From: an uncultured Desulfospira sp.
GTDB lineage: Bacteria > Desulfobacterota > Desulfobacteria > Desulfobacterales > Desulfobacteraceae
Direction of reading: 5' to 3'
DNA: 64,000 bases
Assembly: GCA_963663165.1 (NCBI GenBank)
Contig: OY760175.1
Coordinates: 256,001-320,000, forward strand
Shown here: in pieces, positions 29,432 through 37,878 of the stretch
Layout: each line of letters starts with the position of its first letter
Position numbering within the stretch: the stretch's first letter is position 1
The notes under the pieces: model-generated
What the model saw: the letters and a program-made list of their open reading frames with translations, nothing else
What the model was told of the DNA's origin: nothing
The model's database searches: none
Program-made: the position numbers and the translations under genes

Positions 29432-30829
29432 ATGCGTTCTAAAATATTGTTAAACATAGCTGTCCTGCTGGTGTGCTGTATCGTTATCGGATGTGTGGGG
29501 ACGAGCCAGAAGGCTGAAAACGTGGCCCCTGAACCGGCAGCGGCGGAAGAATCCCACAGTTCTTTCCATAAATCGCAGCTGCACGACTGCGAGCCCGTTG
29601 ACACCACCGGTTATGTTAAAAAAGTTGACAATTTTATGCTGATATTTGATCCTTCGGCTTCAATGACACAGACGGTAACGGCATCCCGGTCATGCATGTC
29701 CTGCCATACGGCTTACCAGGACCAGAAATTTGCGGAAGACCATGCGGTTCAGTATGGCGGCCGGGAATTTGAAAAGAAAGGGGTCCTGAAACTGTTTACC
29801 GGCCGGCAGAAAGAGGAAATTACTGAACAGGACCGGGTCAATCGCTGCTGTGAATGCCACCAGGACGCCCTTTCAAACAAACTGGAGTTCGGCCGGAGCC
29901 TGGCCGCCTGCATGAATGACAGCATCCCTGATTTTGACTACAACAGTGCCCTGAGAACCTTTGGATATCCCGTGTATACGCAACTTGGCAACGGGCCCAA
30001 GCCTTACGACCGTGACGAATACGGCCATGTCATAAGGAAACTGTTCGAAGCGGACGGGGCAAGCCCGCTGTGGGTCACCCTCCGGGCGGCGGGCCGGGAC
30101 TGGTATGCCCATAAGGGAAAGATTGCCGTCATCATCATCAGCGACGGCATGGATATGGGAGAAAAAGAGGTGCTGGGCGCAGAAGAACTAAAGCTTCGCT
30201 ACCGGGATGATATCTGCATTTATACAGTGCAGATCGGGTATGATGTAAAGGGGGGCGAGATCCTGAAAAGAATTGCCGATGCCGGCCGGTGCGGAACGTT
30301 TTTTACCGGGCAGGACCTTAACTCCAAAGACGGTATGGAAAATTTTGTGCGCGAGGTGTTTCTTGAACCGGCACCGACTATGGCCGGCGACAGTGACGGT
30401 GACGGGGTCCCCGATGATATGGATGACTGCCCGGATACCGAGCCCGGCGTACCGGTGGATGACCGGGGCTGCTGGAAACTGTCGGTCATTGCCGATGTCC
30501 TGTTCGACTTTGACAAGTACGTGCTTCGCCCTGAAGGCAAAAAGGTCCTTAACAAAGTGGCGGCCCTGATGAACAAACATCCATACCTTAACCTGCACTT
30601 AAGCGGCCATACCGATAACTACGGCAGCATGAAGTACAATATCAAGCTGTCTAAAAACAGAACCCTGGCCGGGTTCACCTATTTGAAAAAACAGGGGATA
30701 GACCCTGAGAGAATATCGTTGAGCTGGCATTCTTTCTCCATTCCGGTGGCAACCAATGAAACAGATGAAGGACGGCAGCTCAACCGGAGGCTTGAGTTTA
30801 AATTTACAAAAGTTAGGGAAAACAAATAG
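29432..30829 (+). CDS. Lipoprotein with vWA-like domain (containing two CxxCH motifs), TSP3-type Ca-binding repeat and C-terminal OmpA peptidoglycan-binding domain
   Basis: Lipobox VIGC; FMLIFDPSASM and IIISDG (vWA); CMSCH (aa 88) and CCECH (aa 139); DSDGDGVPDDMDDCP; VLFDFDK, GHTD, N..LS..R, NRRLE. Confidence 0.9.
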   Translation: MRSKILLNIAVLLVCCIVIGCVGTSQKAENVAPEPAAAEESHSSFHKSQLHDCEPVDTTGYVKKVDNFMLIFDPSASMTQTVTASRSCMSCHTAYQDQKFAEDHAVQYGGREFEKKGVLKLFTGRQKEEITEQDRVNRCCECHQDALSNKLEFGRSLAACMNDSIPDFDYNSALRTFGYPVYTQLGNGPKPYDRDEYGHVIRKLFEADGASPLWVTLRAAGRDWYAHKGKIAVIIISDGMDMGEKEVLGAEELKLRYRDDICIYTVQIGYDVKGGEILKRIADAGRCGTFFTGQDLNSKDGMENFVREVFLEPAPTMAGDSDGDGVPDDMDDCPDTEPGVPVDDRGCWKLSVIADVLFDFDKYVLRPEGKKVLNKVAALMNKHPYLNLHLSGHTDNYGSMKYNIKLSKNRTLAGFTYLKKQGIDPERISLSWHSFSIPVATNETDEGRQLNRRLEFKFTKVRENK

Positions 30830-30838
30830 GAAAAATCT

Positions 30839-31873
30839 ATGAAACGTGCAACTGTAAGTTTACTCTTTGTTTTTTTCCTGTCTGCATGCGGCTCGCCTGA
30901 AGTCAGCATACAAAAGGACGTTATTTACAACCGGCCCATGCCCAAGTACGAGTTTGAGTATGAGCTTGGGCCCGGCGACGTTATGGAAATTGTTTACCAC
31001 TATACCCCGCGCCCGGATACCAACGAGTATTATCTGGCCGTTGGCGATGTGGTCCGGGTTGAATTTGCCTTTCACCCGGAAGTCAACCGGAACGTTACGG
31101 TGACGCCGGACGGCAATGTGTCCATGCCCCAGCGCGGGGATGTCAAGGCCCTGGGCCTGACCCCGACCCAGCTTCAAAAAAAGCTGACCGAGCTGTACAG
31201 TGACGACTTTATTGATCCGGTCATCACCATCACCATGGTGGAATACAACCGGACCATTGACCATCTCAAACGGGCCATCACCACTGCGGCCCGCGGGCAG
31301 AGCAAGCTGACCACCATCCGCCCGGACGGATATATTTCCTTTCCGGTTATCCGGGATGTATATGCCAAAGGCAAGACCCTTCCCGAGTTAAAGGAAATTG
31401 TCCAGAGGGAATATTCACAACAGGTGGACAACCTGACCGTGACCCTGATCCTCAAAGAGGTCCATGCCAACCTGGTCTATATTATGGGCGAAATCGGAAC
31501 CCCCGGTTATTTTCTAATGGAACATCCCTATACGGTCAGCCAGTTGGCGGCCAGGGCCGGCGGCCTTTTGAACACCGCGGAACGAAGCTCTATTCTGGTG
31601 ATCACCAGAGATAAGGAAAGGCGGCCCTGGGGCCGGATCGTTAATTTGAAAAAGGTGGTTGAGGATGGTGATATGAGCCAGGACATTGTACTGAACCAGT
31701 ACGATGTGGTGTATGTGCCAAAATCAAAAATTGCCAGGGCAAATCTGTTTGTTGAACAATACATCAACAACATGATACCATCCAATCTCATCGGCCCCTA
31801 TGACATGGGTGGCACATTGTTGAATACCCGTCCCCTTATTAACGACGGTATCGGCAATACGAATATGCCTTAA
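30839..31873 (+). CDS. wza: Polysaccharide export lipoprotein (OPX/Wza family), copy 1
   Basis: Lipobox LSAC; YELGPGD, LAVGD, PDG..S.P twice, VYIMGE, L...DVVYVP. Confidence 0.88.
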   Translation: MKRATVSLLFVFFLSACGSPEVSIQKDVIYNRPMPKYEFEYELGPGDVMEIVYHYTPRPDTNEYYLAVGDVVRVEFAFHPEVNRNVTVTPDGNVSMPQRGDVKALGLTPTQLQKKLTELYSDDFIDPVITITMVEYNRTIDHLKRAITTAARGQSKLTTIRPDGYISFPVIRDVYAKGKTLPELKEIVQREYSQQVDNLTVTLILKEVHANLVYIMGEIGTPGYFLMEHPYTVSQLAARAGGLLNTAERSSILVITRDKERRPWGRIVNLKKVVEDGDMSQDIVLNQYDVVYVPKSKIARANLFVEQYINNMIPSNLIGPYDMGGTLLNTRPLINDGIGNTNMP

Positions 31874-31944
31874 AGGCAGCATTATTAAACATGAAGCAGG
31901 CATTCCTCGGCAGGAACAGCAAATTTCTGAAAGGTGAGTGTGAA

Positions 31945-32030
31945 GAGACTTCAGATATTAGACTTTAGATTTTGAAATCGGCTGAAAGGCACCCCAAGTC
32001 TCAAGTCCCAAGTCTCAAGTCTTATATCTA
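31945..32030. repeat. Inverted heptamer arrays (imperfect hairpin) between wza1 and co-polymerase 1
   Basis: GAGACTT CAGATAT TAGACTT TAGATTT ... AAGTCTC AAGTCCC AAGTCTC AAGTCTT ATATCTA. Confidence 0.75.
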
Positions 32031-32054
32031 AAAAATCAGGAGCCTTTAACTCGT

Positions 32055-33518
32055 ATGGCGATTACAAAATTAGAATCATCCAAAGATTATCTTCGCATCT
32101 GGTTTCTCTGGAAACGGCAGGCCATCATTGTGTTTTGGGTTATTGTTCTTTTGGTGATGGCGTATGCCTATACGGCCAAATCCGTGTATGAGAGCAATGC
32201 CGAACTGCTGGTCATGCCCAAAACCAGGGAAGGAGAAGTGATCAGTGCCGGTGAAGATGAGCGACGGGTGGTGCCGATTACGGAAAATGACATTTATACG
32301 GAAATTGAAATTCTAACCAGCCATTCGGTTCTGGCCAATACGGTGAAATCCCTTAATGATGAACAGTCCAGTCTTTCAGATTCCAAAAAGTCCATTGTCT
32401 CTTTGGTCCTGACCCCTATCAAGATGACGGGCAGCGTGATTTTAAGGGCACTTCACCTGACCACCGATCAAAGTTCTGAGTTGGAAAAAAAGGTGTCCAA
32501 GCTAAAAGACTCACTGGTCATCAGCCCGGTGATTGATTCTAATATCATCACCATTGCTCTCCATGGAGAGGTGCCAAGAAACACCTATACCATCCTTCAA
32601 ACACTTCTGGACAAATACTTTGAGCATCGAAGCCGGGTGTTTTCCCAAAGGGAAGGAATGCATTTTTTCAATGACCAGGCCACGGATTTTAGAACAAGGC
32701 TTCAAGAGGCGGAAAGAAAGCTGAAGTCTTTTGAGTTCTCCCAAAATATTGTTAATTTCGGCGAGCAGATATTTACCGAGATTGAACTGCTCGCAAAGCT
32801 GACCGAAGAGTTAAAAATGCTCGAGGTGAGCTATGCTCAAAACTGTGCCCGGATATCCATGCTCCGGTTGAAGATGAGTGCGGACACCACCCGGGTATAT
32901 CTGACCCGTGATATGCGCCGGATTCCGGCTATTCTGGAACTTGAAAAAGGGCTGGTCCCGGTCCTCATTGAAAGAAGCGGTATCAGCGGCGGATTTACGA
33001 AGGGAAGCCGGGAATTTAAAATCATTGACCAGCAGATCGATATGCTCAGAAGTGAAATCCGGTTTGAAGTTGAAAAGGCCATCCGGACGGAAGAACTTGA
33101 AATTGAGAGCATGCGCATCAAAATTTTGAGCCTCAAAGAAAAAATTGCCCAGCTTCGGTCCAATGTCTGTGAACTCAATCAAAAAGGGCGCACCCATCAG
33201 GACCTGACACGGAAGGTGTCGCTTTACAGAAAAAACTTTTCCCTTTACGAAAACAAGGCTGAAGAGTCCAAGGTGTTTAACCGGAAAAGCGAAAGAAGGC
33301 TTGCCAATGTCAGTGTGTCATCAGAGCCTACCCTGCTCCAGAAGCCCATTGCACCCAAACGGGGCTCGCTTCTCTTGCTGGCCCTTGTTTCGGGCATTGG
33401 CGCTGCGTTAGCCCTTCCTTTTCTTCTTGAAGTGATTGACAATAAATTGAAATCCGCCGACGACGTGGAAGCGCTGGTTAAGCTGCCGGTAATATGCAGC
33501 TTTAACGATATCAAATAA
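32055..33518 (+). CDS. Polysaccharide co-polymerase (Wzz/GumC-like, Wzc membrane part), copy 1
   Basis: Two TM segments flanking a long coiled coil; YESNAELLV, TEIEILTS, PIAPKR, DVEALVKLPV. Confidence 0.9.
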   Translation: MAITKLESSKDYLRIWFLWKRQAIIVFWVIVLLVMAYAYTAKSVYESNAELLVMPKTREGEVISAGEDERRVVPITENDIYTEIEILTSHSVLANTVKSLNDEQSSLSDSKKSIVSLVLTPIKMTGSVILRALHLTTDQSSELEKKVSKLKDSLVISPVIDSNIITIALHGEVPRNTYTILQTLLDKYFEHRSRVFSQREGMHFFNDQATDFRTRLQEAERKLKSFEFSQNIVNFGEQIFTEIELLAKLTEELKMLEVSYAQNCARISMLRLKMSADTTRVYLTRDMRRIPAILELEKGLVPVLIERSGISGGFTKGSREFKIIDQQIDMLRSEIRFEVEKAIRTEELEIESMRIKILSLKEKIAQLRSNVCELNQKGRTHQDLTRKVSLYRKNFSLYENKAEESKVFNRKSERRLANVSVSSEPTLLQKPIAPKRGSLLLLALVSGIGAALALPFLLEVIDNKLKSADDVEALVKLPVICSFNDIK

Positions 33519-33557
33519 CCGTCAAAGAGCAATTTCTAAATCTCAATGGAGTGGACA

Positions 33558-34277
33558 ATGTTCAAAAGGACAAAAACGCAGGACGAACCGCCGAAACCAG
33601 TCATTACCGACCCGAAGCCCCGTTCTGGAAATTGGAACTTCTTTGATCTGCGGAACCGGAAACAGAGCGGAGACCTTGAAAAGAAAATCTATAATTTAAA
33701 AACGGAAAGCCAGCGAAAGGTATTTAATTTTGTGAGCAGCAGACGCCAGGAAGGGGTCACCACTGTCCTGGCCAATTTTCTGCAATACCTGCGTGAACAG
33801 GGCAGTGAAAAAAAGATCCTTATTATTGACGCCAATTTCCTGGTGCCCGGCCTGCACCGGGTGTTTAACAAAAAACTTTCCGCAGGCCTTGCCGATGTGC
33901 TGGCAGGGGGCATTCAGATTCATGAGGCCGTTATCAGCCTCAATGTGTTGAACATGAGCTTGTTAACCTGCGGCCAGGATTACAAGCGAATGGCGGGAAA
34001 CATCAGCCTGGAGCGGTTCAGCGAGGTGATTGAAGAGGCCAAAAAAGGGTTTGACTATGTGTTTATTGATTCCTCTCCGCTGCTGATTTCATCAGATGCC
34101 ATTTCAACGGCCATTGCTGCGGATGTGACCCTTCTGGTGATCCAGGCCCTCAAAGTACAGCGGGAAGTCGCCAGGCGCTCAAAAAGCCTTTTGACGGACA
34201 ATGCCTGTGAGATCGGCGGCGTTATTTTAAACAGAGTCCCCCAGGTGATTCCTTCCTGGGTTTACCGGATGATATGA
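33558..34277 (+). CDS. CpsD/CapB-like BY-kinase homolog with degenerate Walker A, copy 1
   Basis: SSRRQEGVTT, LIIDAN, GLADVL, YVFIDSSP, GVILNR; no Tyr-cluster tail. Start placed after the GGAG RBS. Confidence 0.85.
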   Translation: MFKRTKTQDEPPKPVITDPKPRSGNWNFFDLRNRKQSGDLEKKIYNLKTESQRKVFNFVSSRRQEGVTTVLANFLQYLREQGSEKKILIIDANFLVPGLHRVFNKKLSAGLADVLAGGIQIHEAVISLNVLNMSLLTCGQDYKRMAGNISLERFSEVIEEAKKGFDYVFIDSSPLLISSDAISTAIAADVTLLVIQALKVQREVARRSKSLLTDNACEIGGVILNRVPQVIPSWVYRMI

Positions 34278-35368
34278 ACCAGGGCAGAACCATGCTTGCG
34301 ATACTTAAGGAAACTCAAAAATGCGCACTGTTTGGCCTGATAGTGGTTTTTTTGTTTTCCTGTGCCGGCCCCAAGGTTGAGATCACATCGGATGTTATTT
34401 ATAACCGTCCCATGCCCAAAGGCGAGTTTGACTATGAGCTGGGACCCGGGGATATTCTGGAAGTCGTTTACCACTACACCCCGCGTCCGGACACCACAGA
34501 GTACCACCTGGCCGTGGGGGATGTGGTCCGGGTTGAATTTGCCTTTCATCCGGAAATCAACCGGGACTTAAAGGTAACGCCGGACGGCAACATTGCCATG
34601 CCCCAGAAAGGAGATGTCAAGGCCCTTGGGCTGACACCCACCCAGCTGAGAACAAAAATTACAGATCTTTACGCCAAAGAGTTTATTGAACCCGTGGTCA
34701 CCATTACCATGATTGAGTACAACAAGGCGGTGGAACACCTTAAAGTGGCCATTACCACAGCAGACCGCGGACAAAGCAAGCTGACCACCATACGGCCGGA
34801 CGGATATGTGTCTTTCCCGGTGATCAGGGATATCTTTGCCCGGGGAAAAACCGTCCCGGAGCTAAAGGAAATTGTCCAGGGGGAGTATTCCAAAGAGGTG
34901 GAGAACCTGACCATCACCCTGATTTTGAAAGTGATGAAATCCAATCTGGTGTTTGTCATGGGGGAAGTGAATGCCCCGGGCTACTATCTGATGGAACATC
35001 CCTATACCGTCAGCCAGCTGACCGCCCGGGCCGGGGGGCTTGCCAACACAGCTGAACCCAGCAGTGTTCTGGTCATCAGCCGGGATAAACAGCGCAAACC
35101 CTGGGGCCGGATCATCAATTTGAGAAAAGTGTTATCCATGGGGGACATCAGTCAGGACGTACTGCTCAACCAATATGACGTGGTGGTGGTGCCCAAATCC
35201 AAAATTGCAAGGGCAAACCTTTTTGTGGAGCAGTATATCAATAACATGATTCCATCAAATCTTGTCGGTGCGTATGATATGGGCGGCACGGGGCTGAACA
35301 CCCGTCCCATTATCAATGACGGTTATGGAGACGCAACCGCAGCACCCACGGCAGGGGATGAAGAATAA
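34274..35368 (+). CDS. wza: Polysaccharide export lipoprotein (OPX/Wza family), copy 2
   Basis: Lipobox LFSC; colinear paralog of 30839-31873; ATGA overlap with the preceding gene. Confidence 0.88.
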   Translation: MNQGRTMLAILKETQKCALFGLIVVFLFSCAGPKVEITSDVIYNRPMPKGEFDYELGPGDILEVVYHYTPRPDTTEYHLAVGDVVRVEFAFHPEINRDLKVTPDGNIAMPQKGDVKALGLTPTQLRTKITDLYAKEFIEPVVTITMIEYNKAVEHLKVAITTADRGQSKLTTIRPDGYVSFPVIRDIFARGKTVPELKEIVQGEYSKEVENLTITLILKVMKSNLVFVMGEVNAPGYYLMEHPYTVSQLTARAGGLANTAEPSSVLVISRDKQRKPWGRIINLRKVLSMGDISQDVLLNQYDVVVVPKSKIARANLFVEQYINNMIPSNLVGAYDMGGTGLNTRPIINDGYGDATAAPTAGDEE

Positions 35369-35410
35369 AGGGCTGTAAATAACTTATCCAATAAAAGAGA
35401 TATTACTGGT

Positions 35411-36874
35411 ATGGCAATTACAAAATTACAATCCTCAAAAGATTATCTTCGCATCTGGTTTCTCTGGAAACGGCAGGCATTAATTGTTTTCGGGCTTATT
35501 ATCGTTTTGGTGATGGGATATGCTTATTCCGCCAAGTCGGTATATGAAAGCAATGCCGAACTGCTGGTCATGCCCAAAACCAGAGAAGGCGAGGTGATTA
35601 CCACCGGTGATGATCAGCGAAGAGTTGTGCCGGTCACTGAAAATGATATCTATACGGAAATTGAATTGATCAGCAGCCAGTCGGTACTTGCCGGTACCGT
35701 CCAGTCCCTTGAAGCGGATAAGGCCAACCTGATCGATCCCAAAAAATCTATTTTTTCTCTGATTCTGATGCCGGCCAAAAAGGTCATTAATGCTGTTTTG
35801 GGCATGTTTAAACTATCCTCCGACCCGGGCACAGAACTTGAACAAAAAGTGGCGGATTTAAGAGATGCGTTGAATATTTCCCCTGTCATTGAGTCCCACA
35901 TTATTGAGATCGCCCTTCATGGTGAGATTCCCCAAAATACCCTTGTCGTTCTTGAAAAACTGCTTGAAAATTACTTTCTGCACAGATCCAAGGTGTTTGC
36001 ACAGGAAAAGGGGCTGCACTTTTTCAGTGACCAGTCCCAGGAGTTTAAAACCAAACTGGATGAGGCTGAAAAGGAATTAAAGGCTTTTGAATTAAACGAA
36101 AATATATATAACCTGGAGCAGCAGATTGCCGCCGACATTGCATTGATTGCAAAGCTTACCGATGAACTCAAGATGATTGAGATCTCCTATGCCGAAGACC
36201 GGGCCCGGATCAGCATGCTCAAGCAGGAACTGATGCAGAATCCGGATATGGTTAACCTGTCCAAGGAAATGAACGATATCCCTTCCATCCAGGAGCTTGA
36301 AAAGGGGATGGTGCCGGTCCTGATCCAGCGCAGTGCCGTCAGCGGAAGATTTTCCAAAGACAGCAGACAATTTCACAACATTGACGGCCAGATCAAAATG
36401 CTCAGAAATGAGATCCGGTATGAAGTCGAAAAAGCCCTTTACACCGATGAACTTGAGTTAGAGGCCACGGCCATTAAAATTGAGAGCCTTAAACTCAAAA
36501 TAGCGGAACTCAGATCCGATGTGAACGACCTTAACCAGAAGGGGCGTTTCCACAATGAGCTGTCAAGGAAAGTGGATATCTATAAACAGAATTTTGAACT
36601 GTATGAAAGCAAGACCGAGGATGCCAAAGTGCTCAGTCGAAAAAGCAAGCGGAAACTGGCCAATGTCAGTGTGTCATCCGAGCCGAACCTGCAAGAGCAG
36701 CCCATTGCCCCCCAGCGGGTGACGCTGCTGATGCTTGCCCTGGCCGGTGGCCTGATGGCGGCGGTTTTTCTGCCCTTTATTCTCGAATCCATTGATAATA
36801 AACTCAAATCTGCCGATGACGTGGAGGCCCTTGTTGATTTGCCGGTGGTATGCAGTTTTAACAACATAAAATAG
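35411..36874 (+). CDS. Polysaccharide co-polymerase, copy 2
   Basis: 487 aa, colinear with 32055-33518. Confidence 0.9.
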   Translation: MAITKLQSSKDYLRIWFLWKRQALIVFGLIIVLVMGYAYSAKSVYESNAELLVMPKTREGEVITTGDDQRRVVPVTENDIYTEIELISSQSVLAGTVQSLEADKANLIDPKKSIFSLILMPAKKVINAVLGMFKLSSDPGTELEQKVADLRDALNISPVIESHIIEIALHGEIPQNTLVVLEKLLENYFLHRSKVFAQEKGLHFFSDQSQEFKTKLDEAEKELKAFELNENIYNLEQQIAADIALIAKLTDELKMIEISYAEDRARISMLKQELMQNPDMVNLSKEMNDIPSIQELEKGMVPVLIQRSAVSGRFSKDSRQFHNIDGQIKMLRNEIRYEVEKALYTDELELEATAIKIESLKLKIAELRSDVNDLNQKGRFHNELSRKVDIYKQNFELYESKTEDAKVLSRKSKRKLANVSVSSEPNLQEQPIAPQRVTLLMLALAGGLMAAVFLPFILESIDNKLKSADDVEALVDLPVVCSFNNIK

Positions 36875-36880
36875 TTCCTC

Positions 36881-37059
36881 ACGGCCACGGGCCGTCTTGG
36901 TTATCCAACCAAGCACCGCCCACAACGAAAAATGAAAGTCTTTTCAGCTTGTTAGTGAGACTTTCTTATAACGGCCACGGGCCGCTTTGGTTATCCAACC
37001 AAGAGCCGCCCACAACAAATATTGAAAGAACTCAAAAGGTTGCTGAGTCTTTCATATAA
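36881..37059 (-). repeat. Two tandem 90-bp double-hairpin repeat units (reverse orientation)
   Basis: ACGGCCACGGGCCG..TTGGTTATCCAACCAAG..CCGCCCACAAC at 36881 and 36971; the reverse complement matches the 17518 and 28798 copies. Confidence 0.9.
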
Positions 37060-37141
37060 AAAAAGTAAAGGGGAGGGCGGGCGCAAGGTTTAAAGAGTTA
37101 AGCATTTCAAGGATGGCGGATGAAAACCGGAGGGTGAGTCT

Positions 37142-37819
37142 ATGCAAAAGCAAGGCAGTTCAAACGCTTTGGGGTGGCATTTTTTTGACTTAAAAAACCG
37201 AAAACAAAGCGGGGACCTTGAAAAAAAAGTATTCCATCTTTTCTCCAGAGACGCTTGTAAAGCCTTTAACTTTGTGAGCAGCAGAAGAAAAGAGGGGGTG
37301 ACCACTGTCCTTGCCAATCTTGTCCAGTATGTCAGAGAACAGCGCAGCGGTAAAAAACTGCTGGTTATTGATGCCAATTTTGTAGCGCCGAGGCTGCACC
37401 ATGTATTTGGCCTCAAGCCCGATACCGGCCTTGCTGAAGTCCTGGCCGGCAACGCGACCCTTAATGAAGCCCTGGTGATTTTGCCTGAAGCCAACATGGC
37501 GTTGCTGCAAAGTGGAAAAACTTACCGGTCCATGACCGGGGATATCAGCCTGGAGCGGTTTCAGGCTGTGATCACCGAGGCAAAAGACAAGTTTGATTAT
37601 ATTTTTGTTGATTCTCCGCCTTTGCTGGCATCATCTTCGGCTGTTTCCACCGCGGTTTCGTCTGATGCCACCTTTTTGATCCTCCAGGCACTCAAGGTAC
37701 AGCGGGAAGTGGCCATGCGGTCTAAAAACCTCTTGGTGGAGAACAACTGCATGATCGGCGGTGTGGTATTAAACAGGGTCCCCCAGGTGATTCCTTCCTG
37801 GGTGTACCGGATTATCTGA
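37142..37819 (+). CDS. CpsD/CapB-like BY-kinase homolog with degenerate Walker A, copy 2
   Basis: SSRRKEGVTT, LVIDAN, YIFVDSPP, ends IPSWVYRII. Confidence 0.85.
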   Translation: MQKQGSSNALGWHFFDLKNRKQSGDLEKKVFHLFSRDACKAFNFVSSRRKEGVTTVLANLVQYVREQRSGKKLLVIDANFVAPRLHHVFGLKPDTGLAEVLAGNATLNEALVILPEANMALLQSGKTYRSMTGDISLERFQAVITEAKDKFDYIFVDSPPLLASSSAVSTAVSSDATFLILQALKVQREVAMRSKNLLVENNCMIGGVVLNRVPQVIPSWVYRII

Positions 37820-37878
37820 CCGGCACTTAAGCTTTAAAATAACCAAATTAACATAAAAGGGCATCTGAACCAGTCAAC

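Noticed and set aside
36881..37059. Possible CRISPR array (repeated units with variable parts)
   Set aside because: Only two 90-bp units, similar along their whole length, with no unique spacers and no cas genes in the window.
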